In this document: positions 26,342-32,000 of the stretch, one piece after another
Numbering within the stretch: position 1 is the first letter of the stretch
Layout: every line of letters begins with the position of its first letter
Source: Nitrosopumilaceae archaeon
GTDB taxonomy: Archaea > Thermoproteota > Nitrososphaeria > Nitrososphaerales > Nitrosopumilaceae
DNA: 32,000 nucleotides
Direction: 5' to 3'
NCBI GenBank assembly: GCA_040877685.1
Contig: JBBDNF010000019.1
Location: forward strand, 2,787 to 34,786
Translations under genes and position numbers: made by a program
The notes under the pieces: model-generated
The model's input: the letters and a program-made list of their open reading frames with translations, nothing else
The model's database searches: none
Told to the model about the DNA's origin: nothing

Positions 26342-29300
26342 CTATTTACATCCAGTAGTAACTAAACTATCTGTTCCAATTATATCAGTTCCACCAAAGG
26401 TCTTTCCTTTAAGAACAGAACTAGTATCACCACATTGGATACCTGTGTCCTGAGTTGCAAAATGTAACACCATATCTAAATCACCGTCACCATCAACATC
26501 CCCCATGTGTCCTTTTCCATGAGACTCTACTGCATTATTAATTCCAAATTTGACTGTAAGTGGGTTTACAGATGATGCATCAAATGTACTAGTAGTAATT
26601 ATTGCAACAGGTGTAACTCCATTTGATTTTGGATTAACAGAATTTGGATAAGATCCTGGTTTGACGTCAATTACAATACTAATTTCAGTTGTATCACATG
26701 CATCTCCAATTCCATTATGATTAGAGTCTGCTTGATCTGAATTTGGTACTGTAGGACAATTATCAACCGCATTATCTACTCCATCAGAGTCTGAATCACC
26801 TGTTGGGGTAGGGTCGCAAACATCTCCAATTCCATCAGCATCAGTGTCAGCTTGATCTGAATTTGGTACTGTAGGACAGTTGTCTATTGCGTTGTCTACT
26901 CCATCATTATCATAGTCACCATGTGGGGTAACATCGCAAACATCGCCAATTCCATCAGCATCAGTGTCTAGTTGATCTGAATTTGGTACTGTAGGACAAT
27001 TATCAACCGCATTATCTACTCCATCAGAGTCTGAATCACCTGTTGGGGTAGGGTCGCAAACATCTCCAATTCCATCAGCATCAGTGTCAGCTTGATCTGA
27101 ATTTGGTACTGTAGGACAGTTGTCTATTGCGTTGTCTACTCCATCAGAATCATCATCACCGTTTGGTGTTGCATCACACAAGTCACCGATACCGTCTCCA
27201 TCAGTATCTAGTTGATTTGCATTAGAAACCAAAGGACAGTTATCAACTGCGTTGTCTACTCCATCAGAATCATCATCACCGTTTGGTGTAAGATCACATG
27301 CATTGCCTATTCCATCTCCATCAGTGTCTGCTTGGTCTGTGTTTGGAGTAGTTGGGCAATTATCTACATCTCCTGAAATTGTATCTCCGTCAATGTCATT
27401 GTCTGGATCTAATGGATACAAATCGCATACGTCACCAATACCATCGCTATCGGTATCTAGTTGATCAGGATTGTATACCGTGACGCAATTATCTACAAGA
27501 TTATCAATTCCATCGTTATCCGTATCTCCATTTGGAGTTGTATCACAAACATCCCCAATACCATCTCCATCAGTATCTAGTTGATCTGGATTAGTAGTAG
27601 TTGGACAATTATCATTGGCATCAACAATTCCATCGTTATCTAAATCAGATACAGAAAATGATATGGATGAAATTGCTGTACTTTCTGAATTTCCAATTAC
27701 CGATACAGTGTTAGATTGTTGATTGGCTACGTATATGATGTTAGTTGCAGAGTTTACCGCAATACCACTAGGCTCTATGCCTACTAAAATGGTATGTGTG
27801 ACAACATTTGTTACTCCGTCGATTACTGAAACTGAACTTGATTGAGAATTTGATACATAGATAGTATCAGTAGATGGATTTACTGTGACACCGCCTGGAA
27901 CAGAACCTACGGGAATAGTTGTTGTAACGGTGTTTGTTGCTCCATCTATTACAGATACAGTGTTAGGGGTAGCACTAGCTACATAGATTGTGTTTGTTGT
28001 TGGGTTTACTGCAATTCCGCCAACCCCAGAACCTACTGGAATGGTAGTTGTAACGGTGTTTGTTGCTCCATCTATTACGGTTACTGACGCAGAATCTTGG
28101 TTAGACACATAAATCAAATTGGTTGTTGGGTTTGCTGCAATCTTGCTTGGACTATTTACACCAGTAATTGTTGAAGTGATTGTATTTGTTGCACCATTAA
28201 TTACAACAACATCGTTGTTAAAGTAACGTGATGCATAAACTGTGTTGGTTGTTGGGTTTACTGCCACCCCAAGTCCATTAGATGACAATGGTATGGTAGT
28301 AGTGACAGTATTTGATGCCATATTGATTACATGGATAGAACTTCCTTCAAAGCTTACAACATACATTGTGTTTGTTGTTGGATTGATTGCTATTTGTTGT
28401 GGATTAAATCCAACTGGGATGGTAGCTGAAACTGTATTTGTCAACCCATTGATTACAGAGACACTTGAGGTCCCATAATTTGATACATAGATAGTGTTTG
28501 TTGCAGGATCTACATTAACTGCAATAGGAATAGAAAAGCCTGAAATTGATGATGTTACAGTTCCACCAACATTACTTGTTGCTTTTGCATCGATTGTATG
28601 AGATCCTGGAGATAACACACCTGTAGTAAACGACCAAGATGTTGTTCCAGTAGCTAATGCAAACGCACCACCATCGATAGACACTTCCACTTTTTGTATT
28701 CCAGAAGGATCTGATGCAGTACCAGTAATTGTAATGGAATCAGTACCAACAACAGAAGCATTTGCAGGAGAAGTGATTGTTATGGATGCAGATGGGGTAA
28801 ATATTTCCAATGCTGCGCTAGGACTAGTATCGAATCCTCCTGCCACATACAACTTGCCGTTAATTACATCATCACTAGTAGAACCTCTTGGGGACGGCAG
28901 TGACGTTTCTGTAGCCCAAGTATTAGCAATAGGATCATAAACTTCAGTTGTATCAATCGAGCCGAGCCCGTTGTTACCTCCTGCAACATAGAGCTTGCCA
29001 TCAATACCACCAACAGATGCCACAAATCGTGGAGTTGGCATAGAGACTTTGGTAGTCCAGCTGTTTGTCACCGGATCATATACATCAAGGAACGCGCCTA
29101 GTATTGCTCCACTTGTATCATAACCACCGACAGCATAGAATTTTCCGTCGAGTACTCCGCCACTTCCAGATCCATGAGTATTGGGCGGAGACGATAAAGA
29201 TGCCCAAGTATTAGCAATAGGATCATAAACTTCAAAGATTTTTCTATATCCGCTAAAACCATCACATGAGGTCAAAAGGTAGAGTTTACCGGCAATAACA

Positions 29301-29734
29301 CCAGAAGATGAGCAACCACTCAGATGAGACAGTGATGCTTTGGCAGTCCAGCTATTTGTAGCAGGATCGAACTCGTATACTTTATTTGTAGGAATAAAAG
29401 AACTTGGAGCATTCCAGCCTCCAACGACGTATAATTTTCCGTTAATAGATTCAGCAGCACCTTGGTACAGCCTATCAGGCATTGATGGCTTTGTAGACCA
29501 CGAGTCAGTTACAGGGTCATACACTTCGACGGCATAAGAAGCACCAGCCGCACCAACATTACCACCAACGACATACAGATTATCATTAATATTGGCAGCC
29601 ATCGGAGAGTGACGTGCTGTCGGCATCGGGGTTTTTGTCTCCCAGCTGCCCACAGCAAACGTCTGCATCGGAACAAACATCAAAGAGATTAATGCAAAAA
29701 TCAAAGCAACAGAAAAACAAACCAAATATTTCAA
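26342..29734 (-). CDS. 1130-aa secreted multidomain surface protein: Kelch propeller, Ig-like domain, YVTN-type beta-propeller repeats, about 10 thrombospondin type-3 (Ca-binding) repeats, C-terminal FG-GAP/VCBS-like DxDxDG region
   Basis: Signal peptide. Six repeats of xxGKLYVVGG...VYDPxxNSW (about 28810-29660). ITITSP...VEVSIDGG Ig-like domain (about 28540-28810). Seven repeats of NPTTNTIYVxN...VSVIDGxTNTV (about 27660-28540). Repeated DxDxDGxxDxxDNCPxxxNxDQxDxDxDGIGDxCD (about 26700-27650). C-terminal GDVDGDGDLD. Confidence 0.9.
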   Translation of the reverse strand: MKYLVCFSVALIFALISLMFVPMQTFAVGSWETKTPMPTARHSPMAANINDNLYVVGGNVGAAGASYAVEVYDPVTDSWSTKPSMPDRLYQGAAESINGKLYVVGGWNAPSSFIPTNKVYEFDPATNSWTAKASLSHLSGCSSSGVIAGKLYLLTSCDGFSGYRKIFEVYDPIANTWASLSSPPNTHGSGSGGVLDGKFYAVGGYDTSGAILGAFLDVYDPVTNSWTTKVSMPTPRFVASVGGIDGKLYVAGGNNGLGSIDTTEVYDPIANTWATETSLPSPRGSTSDDVINGKLYVAGGFDTSPSAALEIFTPSASITITSPANASVVGTDSITITGTASDPSGIQKVEVSIDGGAFALATGTTSWSFTTGVLSPGSHTIDAKATSNVGGTVTSSISGFSIPIAVNVDPATNTIYVSNYGTSSVSVINGLTNTVSATIPVGFNPQQIAINPTTNTMYVVSFEGSSIHVINMASNTVTTTIPLSSNGLGVAVNPTTNTVYASRYFNNDVVVINGATNTITSTITGVNSPSKIAANPTTNLIYVSNQDSASVTVIDGATNTVTTTIPVGSGVGGIAVNPTTNTIYVASATPNTVSVIDGATNTVTTTIPVGSVPGGVTVNPSTDTIYVSNSQSSSVSVIDGVTNVVTHTILVGIEPSGIAVNSATNIIYVANQQSNTVSVIGNSESTAISSISFSVSDLDNDGIVDANDNCPTTTNPDQLDTDGDGIGDVCDTTPNGDTDNDGIDNLVDNCVTVYNPDQLDTDSDGIGDVCDLYPLDPDNDIDGDTISGDVDNCPTTPNTDQADTDGDGIGNACDLTPNGDDDSDGVDNAVDNCPLVSNANQLDTDGDGIGDLCDATPNGDDDSDGVDNAIDNCPTVPNSDQADTDADGIGDVCDPTPTGDSDSDGVDNAVDNCPTVPNSDQLDTDADGIGDVCDVTPHGDYDNDGVDNAIDNCPTVPNSDQADTDADGIGDVCDPTPTGDSDSDGVDNAVDNCPTVPNSDQADSNHNGIGDACDTTEISIVIDVKPGSYPNSVNPKSNGVTPVAIITTSTFDASSVNPLTVKFGINNAVESHGKGHMGDVDGDGDLDMVLHFATQDTGIQCGDTSSVLKGKTFGGTDIIGTDSLVTTGCK
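26732..27146. repeat. Perfect 175-bp direct duplication at 240-bp spacing inside the TSP3-repeat coding region (26732..26906 = 26972..27146)
   Basis: Line-by-line comparison: 26732-26906 and 26972-27146 are identical. Flanking units are diverged copies. The duplication corresponds to a duplicated 80-aa double TSP3 unit. Confidence 0.85.
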
Positions 29735-29774
29735 TTTAAATTACGACAGATTGCCAATATTTAAAGAAGATCAT

Positions 29775-29833
29775 TTTGTAAAAAATTCATATCACGATAT
29801 AATTATTCTATTATTATTTGTAAAAAATTCATA
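29775..29833. repeat. 17-bp perfect direct repeat TTTGTAAAAAATTCATA (29775-29791 and 29817-29833) upstream of the large surface-protein gene
   Basis: Read directly. The copies are 42 bp apart (four helical turns) in the 148-bp gap between RHH-2 and the 1130-aa gene. Confidence 0.6.
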
Positions 29834-29882
29834 AAATATTAAAGTTATAGTAAAAATTACAATATCTATTTTTGCCATGATG

Positions 29883-30041
29883 CTATAATCCCGGATTTGA
29901 TTTAAGCGGCCAATTTTGTTCATTGTGGGTTATCATAAACAATAGTAACGCAGAAGGAGTACAACCTAGCCTGTTACACGCATCAAGTAATTTCATATGT
30001 TCATCTTCGTTTAGCTTTGTTGAAACAACGCGGTAGACCAT
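29883..30041 (-). CDS. Ribbon-helix-helix (CopG-like) protein, 52 aa (RHH-2)
   Basis: Own translation: MVYRVVSTKLNEDEHMKLLDACNRLGCTPSALLLFMITHNEQNWPLKSNPGL. It has a strand-helix-helix pattern and aligns with RHH-1. Below the ORF-track cutoff. Confidence 0.55.
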   Translation of the reverse strand: MVYRVVSTKLNEDEHMKLLDACNRLGCTPSALLLFMITHNEQNWPLKSNPGL

Positions 30042-30060
30042 GGTAGACCAGAGGTAGACA
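30032..30060. promoter_or_regulatory. Iteron/operator-like triple repeat GGTAGACCA, GGTAGACCA, GGTAGACA (10-11 bp phasing)
   Basis: Plus-strand copies at 30032-30040, 30042-30050 and 30053-60. On the gene strand this reads tGTCTACCtcTGGTCTACCaTGGTCTACC, covering the ATG of RHH-2 and lying downstream of a TATA-like tctataat. Confidence 0.55.
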
Positions 30061-30128
30061 GCTCGATCTAAGTTTTTCGATTATAGACACACAGCATGTT
30101 TTTTCGAACAAATCGGGGGGATACTATT

Positions 30129-30713
30129 TTACTCTTTATCGATAAACTCATTTGCTGTTTTATGTGTCAATTTAGCACAGAAACCTGTAACATCATAAGT
30201 TCCATCATGAATGTTCTTAGTAGAATAACTAGTGATACAATCAAAGTATTTTTTCATTGTCCTCTCGTCGACTGGTCCTAGCTTCACTTTAATTAGTGTC
30301 AACAATAGCTTTGTACCGAAAAATGGATAGATTTCTGATTGTATTCTCAGCAAATCAGCTATTTCTTTTAGTTTTATTAACACATCACTCCGAGGTGGTC
30401 TTCCATCATAAAGCAAGGATGATGATGTTGTAGTATTTAGTTCACAATCGGCTGCATCTGCAAACATACCCAAGTCAAGTGCTTTAGCAATATTTCTTAG
30501 AATTTCTTTAACACTTTCAGTACTAAAGAGAGAATTTGTTATAATGCCATGTTCATTCTTAAAGTGCCACCAAAGACCAGCCAAGTTTTTGAAAACCCTT
30601 ACATGATTATCTCCCTTGATGGTTCTAACACATTCTGGACACTTTACTCTGATCTTGGTATAATTGTGAGCAAAATCCACGCAGTGTTTATCTAAAGTAG
30701 AATCTAAAGTCAC
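30129..30713 (-). CDS. Hypothetical protein with an N-terminal C2H2-like zinc finger (194 aa)
   Basis: CPECVRTIKGDNHVRVFKNLAGLWWHFKNEH. GTG start in a GTGA overlap with the upstream AbrB-like gene. Confidence 0.6.
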   Translation of the reverse strand: MTLDSTLDKHCVDFAHNYTKIRVKCPECVRTIKGDNHVRVFKNLAGLWWHFKNEHGIITNSLFSTESVKEILRNIAKALDLGMFADAADCELNTTTSSSLLYDGRPPRSDVLIKLKEIADLLRIQSEIYPFFGTKLLLTLIKVKLGPVDERTMKKYFDCITSYSTKNIHDGTYDVTGFCAKLTHKTANEFIDKE

Positions 30714-30949
30714 GTAGCAATCTCCTCGCTTGATTGCATCACTCGTTGGTTGCCAGGAACACTAGGCCCAATGAGTGATAATTTACCGTCTTTTACTACT
30801 AAATCAAAGTCTAGATTATCGCCTGTTACTCCAGTTTCAGCAAGTATAGGCTTTGGAATTATCATTATGTAAGATTGGTCTTGTAGTTTTAGACTGGATG
30901 CAAGTTCACTAGACAAAAGAAAAGAGGGGATTTTGGCTAGCTTTTTCAT
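30710..30949 (-). CDS. SpoVT/AbrB-like DNA-binding protein (79 aa)
   Basis: IMIIPKPILAETGVTGDNLDFDLVVKDGKLSLIG fits the swapped-hairpin pattern. ATGA overlap with upstream RHH-3. Confidence 0.5.
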   Translation of the reverse strand: MKKLAKIPSFLLSSELASSLKLQDQSYIMIIPKPILAETGVTGDNLDFDLVVKDGKLSLIGPSVPGNQRVMQSSEEIAT

Positions 30950-31119
30950 TGCTCTACATCACCTGACACAACATCATCATTATCTGAATTCTTGTTGCAG
31001 AGCTGTGCTGCATTAGTCATTACTCGCTGTAAGATTTCGTCAAATGATTCTCCTTTTGCTCCAAACTTTGCTAGCTGTTCTTTGGTTTCCTCGTTCAGTG
31101 AAACTGTTGTTCGTTTCAT
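30946..31119 (-). CDS. Ribbon-helix-helix (CopG-like) protein, 57 aa (RHH-3)
   Basis: Own translation: MKRTTVSLNEETKEQLAKFGAKGESFDEILQRVMTNAAQLCNKNSDNDDVVSGDVEQ. Its stop overlaps the next start. Below the ORF-track cutoff. Confidence 0.6.
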   Translation of the reverse strand: MKRTTVSLNEETKEQLAKFGAKGESFDEILQRVMTNAAQLCNKNSDNDDVVSGDVEQ

Positions 31120-31128
31120 AACCATAAT

Positions 31129-31596
31129 ATGGTGAATAAACTTAATAGGAAAAGTTGCCCACTTTTTAATGATTTGTTAATGAAATGTAGATGGTGTGGC
31201 TTCAATTTGGTAAATATCTATGTTGCCGACAAAAGAACCAAAAACAAAGAACCGATTGGAAAAATTTGTATACACTGTGACCTTGTTACAGCACCTACCG
31301 AATACTTTCAAAAGATTAAACAAGAAAAACATCAACAAAAAGAAGATCAGAACAAGAAACCTCAATTTTCAACGTTTAAGGAAAAATGCTACAAATGTCA
31401 ATCAAAACGATATTGGAAAAGAAAATTTCCGCCAAAGAAAGTCAAATATCAACATTCAGACGGCTCATGGGGTGAACAATTAAACAATCCCTACATTCGT
31501 TATACCTGTAGAAGATGTAACAGTGTATGGAGAGTATCCCTACCCATGCCTTACCCAATTCCCAAAAAATATCTGAAATCTATTCTTTCAAAATAG
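31129..31596 (+). CDS. Basic multi-zinc-ribbon protein (155 aa)
   Basis: CxxC pairs: CRWCG, CIHCD, CYKCQ, CRRCN, plus a Lys-rich linker. The annotated start is only 9 bp from divergent RHH-3, so the internal Met at 31180 (MKCRWCG) may be the real start. Confidence 0.55.
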   Translation: MVNKLNRKSCPLFNDLLMKCRWCGFNLVNIYVADKRTKNKEPIGKICIHCDLVTAPTEYFQKIKQEKHQQKEDQNKKPQFSTFKEKCYKCQSKRYWKRKFPPKKVKYQHSDGSWGEQLNNPYIRYTCRRCNSVWRVSLPMPYPIPKKYLKSILSK

Positions 31597-31766
31597 GCAC
31601 AAAATTGCGATGTTAAACCAACCAACAACTTTTAATAACTATCGATAGTTTGTTTACAAATTCCATAATTTTGAAAAATTTGTTGATTTTTACATTCAAA
31701 TTAAAAATAAACCCGATCTGCCAACACTATATAAGAAACTACCCTAAACACGATCATGTGTCTGGG

Positions 31767-32000
31767 ATGTCAGCATTAGAAGGAGGTTACATCTGTGCTC
31801 CCTATTTGCATAACCACCCTTCAATAGAGCTGAAAGATAGCTGGGAAAAATCAAAAGAGGTAGAGGACATGTACTTTGTGACTGCTACGTTTTCTGAAGA
31901 CGGCAGCGCCTATTTTCCTTCGTCCTCAAACCACTATATCCTTGCCAGGTTCAAAGACAACAAAAAGATGAAAAAAGAGATTGAAAAATTCAGGCAGGAC
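31767..32000 (+). CDS. Partial ORF (78 codons, open to window end), hypothetical
   Basis: Own translation: MSALEGGYICAPYLHNHPSIELKDSWEKSKEVEDMYFVTATFSEDGSAYF... A TATA-like actatataag lies about 32-41 bp upstream. No stop before position 32000. Confidence 0.4.
   Translation, partial: MSALEGGYICAPYLHNHPSIELKDSWEKSKEVEDMYFVTATFSEDGSAYFPSSSNHYILARFKDNKKMKKEIEKFRQD

Larger units (their letters stand above)
19652..32000. mobile_element. Putative cryptic integrated element / genomic island next to tRNA-Tyr (right border not resolved inside the window)
   Basis: The integrase sits directly beside a tRNA gene. Content switches from conserved housekeeping genes to ORFans, RHH/AbrB/Zn-finger regulators and secreted cargo. 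21-26.3 kb looks more AT-rich by eye. No second tRNA-derived repeat was found in the window. Confidence 0.55.

Noticed and set aside
26700-28540. Regular 120-240 bp (TSP3) and about 126 bp (YVTN) DNA periodicity, considered as a possible CRISPR or satellite array
   Set aside because: The periodicity lies entirely within one long ORF and translates into TSP3 and YVTN protein repeats. There is no short repeat/unique spacer architecture.

Overview
AT-rich archaeal chromosome segment, most consistent with an ammonia-oxidising thaumarchaeon (Nitrosopumilus-like). This call rests on gene content: TFB, Gar1, SRP19, S8e, ScpA/ScpB, two intron-containing tRNAs and siroheme-route heme genes. Positions 1-19.5 kb are densely packed core genome. 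They hold a putative copper-handling pair (Met-rich YtkA-like protein and a propeller protein) and a PQQ-type dehydrogenase-like surface protein. tRNA-Leu(CAA) follows, then a heme cluster (sirC-like, hemA, hemB, fused ahbA/B), followed by an aldo/keto reductase - DUF1802 - chlorite-dismutase/ChdC-family operon and sufC. The rest is an information-processing block (tfb, gar1, srp19, rps8e, scpB, scpA), an alcohol dehydrogenase, a response regulator and an Lrp/AsnC regulator. At 19.5 kb an intron-containing tRNA-Tyr(GTA) is followed immediately by a 427-aa tyrosine recombinase. From there to the window end the content is accessory and looks like a cryptic integrated element or genomic island. 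It carries ORFans, three ribbon-helix-helix paralogues (two missing from the ORF track), an AbrB-like protein and several zinc-finger proteins. It also carries a secreted HExxH protein, a LEA_2-like membrane protein, a membrane-anchored SNase-like nuclease and a 1130-aa Kelch/Ig/YVTN/TSP3 surface protein with perfect internal DNA duplications. No CRISPR array, rRNA or recognisable replication or virion gene is present. The island, especially its regulatory module and envelope cargo, is the best candidate for something undescribed. All functional calls are motif-level readings by eye; no database search was run.
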